From a virus (Duplodnaviria > Caudoviricetes): DNA of 64,000 nt. The position numbers and the translations under genes are program-made. Where the stretch lies: IMG/VR virus record IMGVR_UViG_3300025413_001239; one strand, 5' to 3'. This document shows positions 7,190-15,025 of the stretch, in pieces (the stretch's first letter is position 1; each line of letters starts with the position of its first letter). The notes under the pieces were generated by a model. That model ran no database searches. It was not told the origin of the DNA and saw nothing but the letters and a program-made list of their open reading frames with translations.

Positions 7190-7276
7190 CTTTATCTTGT
7201 TTAATTAAACCAATATCAAAAATTTACCCTATCTTTGCAGTCTTATTAACCGCCGAAAGGCACTAAATTACAGATT

Positions 7277-7864
7277 ATGAATACAGTTGAAACGGTACAA
7301 ACTACTGAAATTGCAGTAAGCGAAGTAGCTGCAAAAGTGATTAACTTAGCTAAATTAGCTATCCAAAAATCGCCAACAGGTGTTAGTTTTGTTAGTATTA
7401 GGAATTATACTAATCAATACGGCGAAATTTCAAACCAAACAATTAATTTAGGCGAAAGCTATGAGAAAGCTAAATTAAGGGATATTGAAACGCTTGAAGG
7501 CTTGGACATTACCAATGCTGAATATGGCTTTAAAAGTAGTGTTTTAATGCTTGAAAAAGCAAGGGTTGAATTAATTGAGGCTTTTATTAAGCCAAACGAA
7601 ACCCGCTCAAAAGGGCAAACAGAAGCCTATACAAACATCTGTAAAGGTATAAGAGTGCATAACCAAACGGGATTGCTTTATTTATACGGCTATCGTATAA
7701 ATAAGAGTGTTTTGCAAAGTGGTACATACCCAACTAAAAATAGTAAGGAATTAACCATAGCGAAGGATGAATTAAGAAAGCTATTAAAGACAAATAAATT
7801 TGTAAACTTCTCTTTACAGGTCGGCAATGAATTAAGAATGGCTGGGGATACTTTAGAATTGTAG
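7277..7864 (+). CDS. Hypothetical phage protein
   Basis: 195-aa ORF with a TATCTTTG promoter (7230) and ACAGATTATG leader. Confidence 0.8.
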   Translation: MNTVETVQTTEIAVSEVAAKVINLAKLAIQKSPTGVSFVSIRNYTNQYGEISNQTINLGESYEKAKLRDIETLEGLDITNAEYGFKSSVLMLEKARVELIEAFIKPNETRSKGQTEAYTNICKGIRVHNQTGLLYLYGYRINKSVLQSGTYPTKNSKELTIAKDELRKLLKTNKFVNFSLQVGNELRMAGDTLEL

Positions 7865-7931
7865 TAAAAAAATAAGGTGGGTTAAATAGTGCTATGTCTA
7901 TTGATAACAATAGAGATTTTTAGACTTAAAT

Positions 7932-7965
7932 GGGCTGCAATACAATTTTGCAGCCCACTTTTTTA
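7932..7965 (+). terminator. Terminator-like hairpin, duplicated at 8237-8266
   Basis: GGGCTGCA-loop-TGCAGCCC-ACTTTTTTAA in both places. Confidence 0.65.
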
Positions 7966-7983
7966 ATAACTAAATTTTATAGT

Positions 7984-8229
7984 ATGAGAAATTTTAAAGT
8001 AGTTGATGGGGATGTTGATTTTGAAGTAGTCGAAAGGGTAATCAAAGGTCGTTTTACCAAAAAAAGGTTTAAGACGATACATAGAGCCGCAAGGGAAAGA
8101 TTAGGCGGCAAAGTGCCTTATTGTGGCTGCGTTTATGATTGTTGCGGCTGTTTAAGCAGCAAAGGCGTATCTTTCGACTTTCGTAATGGCGCACTTGTTA
8201 TTCAAGCATCAAGATATTACAACTACTAA
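7984..8229 (+). CDS. Small Cys-rich protein (81 aa)
   Basis: YCGCVYDCCGC motif; the track start at 7930 lies inside the upstream hairpin. Confidence 0.6.
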   Translation: MRNFKVVDGDVDFEVVERVIKGRFTKKRFKTIHRAARERLGGKVPYCGCVYDCCGCLSSKGVSFDFRNGALVIQASRYYNY

Positions 8230-8283
8230 ACTTAAAGGGCTGCATCCTTGCAGCCCACTTTTTTAACCACTTAAATAAAAAAA

Positions 8284-8424
8284 ATGAAAAAAATACTTCT
8301 TGCCTTATTGCTTATTGGATTTCTATCTAGTTGCAGTTATAGTGAGTACCAATGTGCTGCCCACTACAAAGTAACCGACTATTATAGTGGTCGGATTACT
8401 CCGAGATGGAAACTAGCCCACTAA
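8284..8424 (+). CDS. Mini-lipoprotein (46 aa), not in ORF track
   Basis: MKKILLALLLIGFLSSC: classical signal peptide II with LSSC lipobox. Confidence 0.6.
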   Translation: MKKILLALLLIGFLSSCSYSEYQCAAHYKVTDYYSGRITPRWKLAH

Positions 8425-8559
8425 AAATACCCTAAAAAACAGCTAAAAAGCCCAAAATTGGGCTTTTTTTATGCCCGTAAGGTAATCGTATCAAAAACAA
8501 CCAAACAGGCTAAAACAGGCTTAAAATGGCTATTTTAAGCTATATGACTATACGGCAGT

Positions 8560-8610
8560 CCCCCCTCCCGTCAAGGTGACAGTACCCCCTACCCGTAACC
8601 CCCCTCCCGT
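8560..8610. repeat. Three C-tract repeats (CCCCCCTCCCGT x2, CCCCCTACCCGT x1)
   Basis: 8560-8571, 8585-8596 and 8599-8610, read directly from the sequence. Confidence 0.85.
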
Positions 8611-8740
8611 ATGACAGATTGGCATAGCCATATGGGGGTGGCGATACTGTGTTCAAAATTTTTTTTTCATTTTCGGGGTCAAATAATAACTAATCTGAAA
8701 TTTTTGGTTTTTAATAAAATGAAAGTCATTTTAAAAAATT

Positions 8741-9103
8741 TTATTTTTTAAAATTTTTGAGGTCCATATGTTCATATATTGATTTTATTAAATCAATAAA
8801 ATCTAAATATGGTAAGTCATTTTTTAATAAGTTAATTTTTGTTCTAACTAAAACAACGTTATCTTTTGTATACCCAGCATTTGAATTAATTCTATCAATT
8901 GAGAATGCCTTATCATTGATTCTATAATCGGACAAATCATCTTCAGTTAAAGTATCCAATAATTCTTTACCAGTATATTTACATTTACAGTTTTGTTGTT
9001 CATATAATTCTTTAATAAAATCTGTTGTTAAGTCAAAGGCTATACCTTTTTTTATTGCTCGTGCACGTGCTGCGGCAACTCTAATTTTAATTAAGTTATT
9101 CAT
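8741..9103 (-). CDS. HNH-like endonuclease domain protein
   Basis: CKYTG...FSIDRINSNAGYTKDNVVLV..INLLK. Confidence 0.6.
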   Translation of the reverse strand: MNNLIKIRVAAARARAIKKGIAFDLTTDFIKELYEQQNCKCKYTGKELLDTLTEDDLSDYRINDKAFSIDRINSNAGYTKDNVVLVRTKINLLKNDLPYLDFIDLIKSIYEHMDLKNFKK

Positions 9104-9158
9104 TCGCCATTTTAATGCCTTTTCTTCTCTTAATTTTCGTTCATCTTCTGGTAAAGAA

Positions 9159-9758
9159 TTATAAATTTCTTTTTTTTCTAATGAAATACATTTTTTTGTT
9201 ATGAAGAAATTCTCTTAGTTCATTATCTTGTAATGAATTTATCTTATAGTAGAATTTTTTTTCTGGGTCAACGTTAGGGTATGTTATGTATCTTAATACG
9301 TTATATATAGCATCTTTTGTGACGTTATATTGCTCAGCGAGTTCTTTAGTTGATATGTTAGTATCATTGAATTTTTCTCTGATATCCTTAACGTTATCTT
9401 CATTTAATTTTTGGGCCCAACTTCTTGGTCTGAGTCCAGTTTGTATTGCGTGTGCGATATTTTCTTGTCTGGTCATCCATTCAAGGTTCTTAAAGTAGTT
9501 ATTGGTTTTTACACCATCGATATGGTTTACGGTTGTTTTACCTTCTACGTTTTCGATGAATAGGGTTGCGACTATTCTATGAACTTTAATGTTTTTGTAT
9601 CTACAAAACTTATCGCTATAAAGATTGGGTCTTACATAACCATCATCGTTAAGGATTTTCTTAAGTTCTTTTTTAGTCTTAGCGTTTCTAAGATTACCCA
9701 AATTAGAGAATTCATACTTTGTTAAGTCTGGGTGTTTTTTCCAAATTTCTTCTTCCAT
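9159..9758 (-). CDS. NUMOD4-HNH homing endonuclease with C-terminal HTH
   Basis: YEFSNLGNLR; VHRIVATLFI...VNHIDGVKTNN...NLEW; STKELAEQYNV. Confidence 0.85.
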   Translation of the reverse strand: MEEEIWKKHPDLTKYEFSNLGNLRNAKTKKELKKILNDDGYVRPNLYSDKFCRYKNIKVHRIVATLFIENVEGKTTVNHIDGVKTNNYFKNLEWMTRQENIAHAIQTGLRPRSWAQKLNEDNVKDIREKFNDTNISTKELAEQYNVTKDAIYNVLRYITYPNVDPEKKFYYKINSLQDNELREFLHNKKMYFIRKKRNL

Positions 9759-9779
9759 AGTCTTTTTTTTATATAAGTA

Positions 9780-9986
9780 TTAGTTTTCTTCGTCTTCCAA
9801 TTCAAAATTTTCTGCTCCAAAGTCCTTTATTCTTTCGTTAACAAGGTCTTGGTTATCTCTGAACTCGACTTCATCGAAGAATTGGTCAGGGTTATTCTGA
9901 AATAATTCAGCTTGTTCATCGGTGATTTCTGCGCTATAGTAAGCGGTTGTTGTGAAGCTTTCTGTCCACGTTAATTTTCTTGCCAT
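9780..9986 (-). CDS. Small acidic protein (68 aa, 19 Asp/Glu)
   Basis: Own minus-strand TTTG-N20-TATATTTG promoter (10032-10001). Confidence 0.65.
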   Translation of the reverse strand: MARKLTWTESFTTTAYYSAEITDEQAELFQNNPDQFFDEVEFRDNQDLVNERIKDFGAENFELEDEEN

Positions 9987-10167
9987 AAGTTTTTTTTTTG
10001 CAAATATACTTAATAATTTTTATTTTTGCAAATTTCGGAATAAATTTTTTTGGGGGGTCATTTTTTAAAAATTTTTTTGGAAAATTTTTGATTAAAATTA
10101 TTGGGGGTCTAAGAATAAATTTGTTAGTAATTAAAATTTCCTGTATCTTTGCAAAAAGTTTTTAGGT

Positions 10168-10542
10168 ATGCGAGCAATTCTTGCGATGAACAATTTGGGG
10201 TTTATTGGGCTTAATGATGCTTTGCCATGGAGATGCAAAGAAGACTTTAAGCATTTCAAAGCGTTAACGCTTAACTGTCGTCTTTTGGTTGGTTATAGAA
10301 CGTTTCAAACGCTTCCACCGTTAAAGGATAGGCTTATTGTGTTAGACGATAGTAATTTTTATGAGGGTGATGATATTGATTGGTGTATTGGTGGCAGGGC
10401 TACGTATGAGAAGTATGCGAGTCGGTTTACAGAGTTACATATATCACACATAGATGACAATACGTTAGGAGATACGTTGTTTCCCAATCTTAAGGATTTA
10501 AATTCAGAGTGTAAAATTTTTAATTATTATTTCAAGCCATAA
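10168..10542 (+). CDS. folA: Dihydrofolate reductase (short)
   Basis: IG..LPW..EDFKHFK, VGYRTF, IGGR..Y and DTLFP motifs. Confidence 0.9.
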   Translation: MRAILAMNNLGFIGLNDALPWRCKEDFKHFKALTLNCRLLVGYRTFQTLPPLKDRLIVLDDSNFYEGDDIDWCIGGRATYEKYASRFTELHISHIDDNTLGDTLFPNLKDLNSECKIFNYYFKP

Positions 10543-10544
10543 GT

Positions 10545-11732
10545 ATGCAGTACAAGTTAATTTTAGAGAGAAAATCGGATAAGTTAGATAAATTAATAGA
10601 AGTTTACAAGAAGGACCCTAAAAAGGCTAGGGTTTTATTTTTGAATCAGGGTAAGGGTTCATATTATATAGAAAGGCTTGTTTTATTTGAGGATGGTGAG
10701 GACTTTGAGATTTGCACGTTTAGGAAGAGTTTTGGTATAAGTATTACGAATCGTATGTATAGTTCTGAGAAGAAGCTTAAGTCGATAAAGTATAAGGATG
10801 GTAAATTTTGGTTCATTAATAATATGCTTTCGCAAAAAAATTTTTTTGTTCAGTTAACATATAATTGTGTGAAGTTATTTTTTAATGATTGGGGTTGGAA
10901 TGAGGCTTATTTATACTTGTTAAATAAGTTTACTTGGATTAGGTTTATAGGTGAGAATTCCAGTTTATTTGGCACTGCGTTTAATACTTTTACGAAGAAT
11001 AAGTTATATAATTTGAATGATGCTTTAAGGCATGTTTATGGTGCACCGTTGCCAGTTGTAAAGTTATATCTTTCAAATACTTTAAGTATTGATAACAATC
11101 ACAGTTATGAAAATCTCATAATTCGTTTTAAGAAATTTAAGCAGCGATTAATTAATATTGAGAATTTGCGTTTGGAGATGCTTGAGCATCCATTTTTTGT
11201 TGATACGTTAAGGCTTGGTAATATGCTTAACAAGAAAGTGAATTGTTCTTGGAGCCTTAATCGTCTTGTTGCTGAGCATGACAAGTGGTCAATTGAGGTT
11301 TCGGATATTCTTGCTGAGTTTGAGGAATTAAAGTACTTAAATATTTCTAAGGTTTACTTAGACTTCGCTGAGTTTTCAAATTTAAATCCATTAAAGACGA
11401 ATCAAGACTTAATACGTGAGGGTGCGGTTCAGCATCATTGTGTTGGTAGTTATTCAAGCAGTGTTGATGATGGTCGTTGTTGCATATATCATGTTGATGG
11501 TTTCACGCTTGAGTTAAGGTTTGAAAAGCGGTGGGTTGATGGTGCGTACACTGATACTGAGCAACTTTATATTGTTCAGTTTAGGGGTCTTAGAAACATC
11601 GATGCGCCAACGGAACTTAGGTTAAGAGTTCAAGCGCAAATAGATGAGTTTAATAAGGACTTAAAGGACTATGAGCCACGTAATAAATTAAGTTATACTG
11701 AAGACTTATTTGGTGTTCAGATTGAATGGTAA
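10545..11732 (+). CDS. PcfJ-like domain protein
   Basis: LIREGAVQHHCVGSY...TLEL...IVQFRGLRN. Confidence 0.75.
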   Translation: MQYKLILERKSDKLDKLIEVYKKDPKKARVLFLNQGKGSYYIERLVLFEDGEDFEICTFRKSFGISITNRMYSSEKKLKSIKYKDGKFWFINNMLSQKNFFVQLTYNCVKLFFNDWGWNEAYLYLLNKFTWIRFIGENSSLFGTAFNTFTKNKLYNLNDALRHVYGAPLPVVKLYLSNTLSIDNNHSYENLIIRFKKFKQRLINIENLRLEMLEHPFFVDTLRLGNMLNKKVNCSWSLNRLVAEHDKWSIEVSDILAEFEELKYLNISKVYLDFAEFSNLNPLKTNQDLIREGAVQHHCVGSYSSSVDDGRCCIYHVDGFTLELRFEKRWVDGAYTDTEQLYIVQFRGLRNIDAPTELRLRVQAQIDEFNKDLKDYEPRNKLSYTEDLFGVQIEW

Positions 11733-11733
11733 A

Positions 11734-13539
11734 TTAGCGTTTGTTTTTTTGTGCAAGGAATTTAGCATATCTTTCAGCTTTAGCTTTATCAGCTTCAATT
11801 TCTTCAGGTGTCTTAGTTATTGACAATTCTGGTTTTCTTTTTTCTGGGTTAGCTCTTCTGTACTGACTTGCAAGCAATTCAGCGGCTTTTCTAACGTCAA
11901 GGTTTTTAAAGTCTTCATCAGAAAGCATTTCTAAATTGGCTTTTTTCCAATTGACCCAGAAGGCTGATTTAGCTAACGGGAAATTAAGCAATTCTTCGGC
12001 ATCAAATCTTATCTTAGAGATTTTATGTTCTCTATCCATTTTTGTATTGGATATTTCCTGACCCTTTTTATCGGTGGTATAGGATTTGGATGGCTTAAGA
12101 AAGTTTGTTATTTCTTCATGATTAAGTGTTCTAACTTTGATAGCGGCATCGATTGCTGGGGTTTCGAATACTGAATAAACCTTTGTTTCGTTTTGAAATT
12201 TACCAGCTACACCAGCCTTAAGGTCAAAGTACTTGATTCTATCATCGAAGATTTTATTATAACCAGAATCTGTTGCGGCATCTAAGTCTGGTTGTTCTAG
12301 GTTAGGGTTGGTTCTAATATTAGAAACAATTATTTTTCCACTCTTATAGAGTTTTACTTGGAATCCACCGTCACCCATTGATGGTATATCAAAGTATCTT
12401 GACCAATCCATTGGTTTACCGTTAATGTCTATGCTGTTAAGCATATTTTCAGGTATACGGCCAATGTGTAATTTGCCTTGAAATTCTGCTTCAAATGTTG
12501 TTTGTCTTTTTTTTAGGGCTCTAGTGAAAGCGTTAGCGGCTTGTCTAGCTTGGATTATATCTATTGTTACTTCTCTAAATTTTGAATCGGATATAACATC
12601 TTTATTAGATACACCAGCTTTAGCTGCCGCTCTAAATTCAGGTTTTTCGTTATAAGGTATGATTTTATCATCTTTATTAACGCCGTACATTGATTCTTTT
12701 ATTGAGATTTCGTTATCGTAAGATTTGTTCTTATAGCTATCTAACAATTCCATAAAATCGGTTCTTCTTAGGACTTTAAATACAAGATTCTCAGTTGAGT
12801 ATTCGCCACCTTTTTCCAATCCAGACTTGCGCATATTCTTTATGAGTTCTTTAATTTTATCAATTTTTTTTATTGTTTTTTTAAAGTCCTTTTTTTCGTA
12901 GTCTTTTTTTATGTCTTTGATTTTATCGAAGATTTTTTGAACTTTTCTTTTGATAAGAGATTTATCTATTTTTAGTTTAGTTTTATCTGGTTCAACAATC
13001 CACTTATTGGATTTAACGGAATAAATAGCTGATGCGTAGAGTTTTTCTTTTACGTCTTGTATGTAGATTTCTACTGGAAATCCATCTATTTTAACATTAT
13101 GCTTAGAGTTCCAAAGGTTCTTTTCGGCATCGAAGTGTTTTTTAATAAAGTCTTTATCGTCTTTAAAGTCTTTAAAATCCATTACGATGTGTAAGTCAAT
13201 ATCTGAGAACTTGGACCAATTATAATTTGCGAGGCTACCAACAAAAAGTATGTCTTTCATTTTTACGTTAGGTGGTACATCAAGTGAATCAAAGAAATCC
13301 TTAGCTAATTTTGTTAGTGCTATTCTTATTTTAGGTATGAGTTTATTATCCTTAAAAATTTGTGGATTTAATTCATTTTTAATCTTAAGCGATTGCAGAA
13401 CATCATTCGGGATTTTAAGTTCCGTATTAAGGCTATTAATAGCCTTTTCGTTCATTTTATCTAATTCATTTAACTTGAAAATTGGTCTAGTTATAGCATC
13501 AGTATTTTCAAGTATGTATGGCTTTGTTAAGAATTTCAT
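11734..13539 (-). CDS. Pol-beta-superfamily nucleotidyltransferase with unknown C-terminal region
   Basis: LFVGSLANYNWSKFSDIDLH and PVEIYIQD catalytic motifs. Confidence 0.75.
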   Translation of the reverse strand: MKFLTKPYILENTDAITRPIFKLNELDKMNEKAINSLNTELKIPNDVLQSLKIKNELNPQIFKDNKLIPKIRIALTKLAKDFFDSLDVPPNVKMKDILFVGSLANYNWSKFSDIDLHIVMDFKDFKDDKDFIKKHFDAEKNLWNSKHNVKIDGFPVEIYIQDVKEKLYASAIYSVKSNKWIVEPDKTKLKIDKSLIKRKVQKIFDKIKDIKKDYEKKDFKKTIKKIDKIKELIKNMRKSGLEKGGEYSTENLVFKVLRRTDFMELLDSYKNKSYDNEISIKESMYGVNKDDKIIPYNEKPEFRAAAKAGVSNKDVISDSKFREVTIDIIQARQAANAFTRALKKRQTTFEAEFQGKLHIGRIPENMLNSIDINGKPMDWSRYFDIPSMGDGGFQVKLYKSGKIIVSNIRTNPNLEQPDLDAATDSGYNKIFDDRIKYFDLKAGVAGKFQNETKVYSVFETPAIDAAIKVRTLNHEEITNFLKPSKSYTTDKKGQEISNTKMDREHKISKIRFDAEELLNFPLAKSAFWVNWKKANLEMLSDEDFKNLDVRKAAELLASQYRRANPEKRKPELSITKTPEEIEADKAKAERYAKFLAQKNKR

Positions 13540-13601
13540 TTAATTAAATTTATTATAAATATTTGATTTATTTGAATAAAGTCGGTATATTTGCTGAAAA
13601 T

Positions 13602-14654
13602 ATGTATTTTATGGGTTTAGCAGGATTATTATTATCGTTAAGTGGTTTTTTTGGTTTTTTTGTATCGTTGAAGTTTATTTTGATAAATCACTTTAGGATA
13701 CCTAAAAGTATAGCTAAGTTGCTTTATAAGCAAATCAGCAATTCTAATTTTAAATTTGTTATGGAAGAGGAGTTGGTGTTTGACAAAAAGGACCCAAGCA
13801 TTTACAAATCTTTAGTTAAGTTAGATGGTGTATATGTGTTATTTGATAGGTCTGAGAGGCTATTTACAGCTGGTTGGCAATCTAAAGAAGGTCTTACCGA
13901 TATATACTTTTTTAGGTGGAATACTCAAAGGGTTAGGCATATTTTAGATGCTATTAGTAAGATAAAAAAAGAAGTAAGTGTTTATGCTATGTCACCGTAT
14001 GGTAATTCGCATATTGGCACTGTTGATTGTAAGGAATTTAGTATTGTCTTGGATAAGGAAATATATGAGGATATTGAAAACGATGTTTCTAGGGTAATAA
14101 AAGGTGAGTTATCTAAGACGAGTGCTTTATTGTATGGGCCGCCAGGTAACGGCAAATCACGTTTCATTCGTTACATATCACAAAAGTACGAGTTACCAAT
14201 ATATACGTTTTATTTTAATCCAGACTATACTAATTTGGATATACTTGAAGCATTTGCTATGATACCAAAGCATTCGATAGTTTTATTTGAGGATTTTGAT
14301 AATTACTTTGATGATAGGACATGTCTTATTAAAAGTGAGAATGTTAAGTTTACGTTTGATGTGCTTTTGAATTGCTTGGATGGTGTTTATAATGATTATA
14401 AGAAGACTATTTTCTTTATGACAGTGAATGACTTGGGTAAGGTTTCTGATGCGCTTAAAAAGCGTCCTAGCAGGTTTAAATACGTAAGAGAATTTAAGAA
14501 TCCAAGTACCGAATTAAAGTTGGAATTATTAGGCAATGAGGAATTAGCTGAGGGACTTGTTGATATTAGTCTTGACCAGACTTTCAAGATTAAGGATTTT
14601 ATTTCGATGAAGGGGTTGATAACGCTTAATGATGCAAAGGAATTAATAAATTAA
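13602..14654 (+). CDS. BCS1-like AAA+ ATPase with N-terminal TM segment
   Basis: LLYGPPGNGKS Walker A, LFEDFD Walker B, LLNCLDG and ALKKRPSR; ATG 13602 follows a TTTG-N20-TATATTTG promoter. Confidence 0.75.
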   Translation: MYFMGLAGLLLSLSGFFGFFVSLKFILINHFRIPKSIAKLLYKQISNSNFKFVMEEELVFDKKDPSIYKSLVKLDGVYVLFDRSERLFTAGWQSKEGLTDIYFFRWNTQRVRHILDAISKIKKEVSVYAMSPYGNSHIGTVDCKEFSIVLDKEIYEDIENDVSRVIKGELSKTSALLYGPPGNGKSRFIRYISQKYELPIYTFYFNPDYTNLDILEAFAMIPKHSIVLFEDFDNYFDDRTCLIKSENVKFTFDVLLNCLDGVYNDYKKTIFFMTVNDLGKVSDALKKRPSRFKYVREFKNPSTELKLELLGNEELAEGLVDISLDQTFKIKDFISMKGLITLNDAKELIN

Positions 14655-14656
14655 AT

Positions 14657-15025
14657 ATGGCAACAGTATTAGATAAGGATTTGGTTAGGGAATCAACGGT
14701 TAAGGTTGATGGTCGTGAGATTTTAGTTTCTCTTACAGAGAATCAATCGATTTCAATGAAGTTAAAGGGTTTAAAGTCTGGTGATGTGAGTATCAGTATT
14801 AATGACTTATATCATCAATTAGCTGGTACAGTTAAAGTTGATGTAAAGCCTGAGGTTAAAAAGGTTAAAAAAGCAAGCAATTCAGATATAAATCCGAATA
14901 TAAGTTTGCTTGAGTTAAGGACACATGCTTTAGTTACTAAGATGGATTTAAAGACCAAGGTTGAGTTAGAGGGTGTTATATGTGAATTAATTAAACAGCA
15001 AATAAAAATTTTTGAAGATGAGTGA
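14657..15025 (+). CDS. Hypothetical protein
   Basis: 122-aa ORF in operon. Confidence 0.65.
   Translation: MATVLDKDLVRESTVKVDGREILVSLTENQSISMKLKGLKSGDVSISINDLYHQLAGTVKVDVKPEVKKVKKASNSDINPNISLLELRTHALVTKMDLKTKVELEGVICELIKQQIKIFEDE

Larger units (their letters stand above)
2802..7210. promoter_or_regulatory. Seven copies of the palindrome GTTTA(A/T)TTAAAC (putative operator)
   Basis: Copies at 2802, 3681, 4831, 4943, 5304, 5596 and 7199; all outside or at the edge of genes, several inside promoter spacers. Confidence 0.6.

Noticed and set aside
98-8600. Canonical parS (TGTTTCACGTGAAACA)
   Set aside because: No match found; only the shorter GTTTAwTTAAAC palindrome, reported separately
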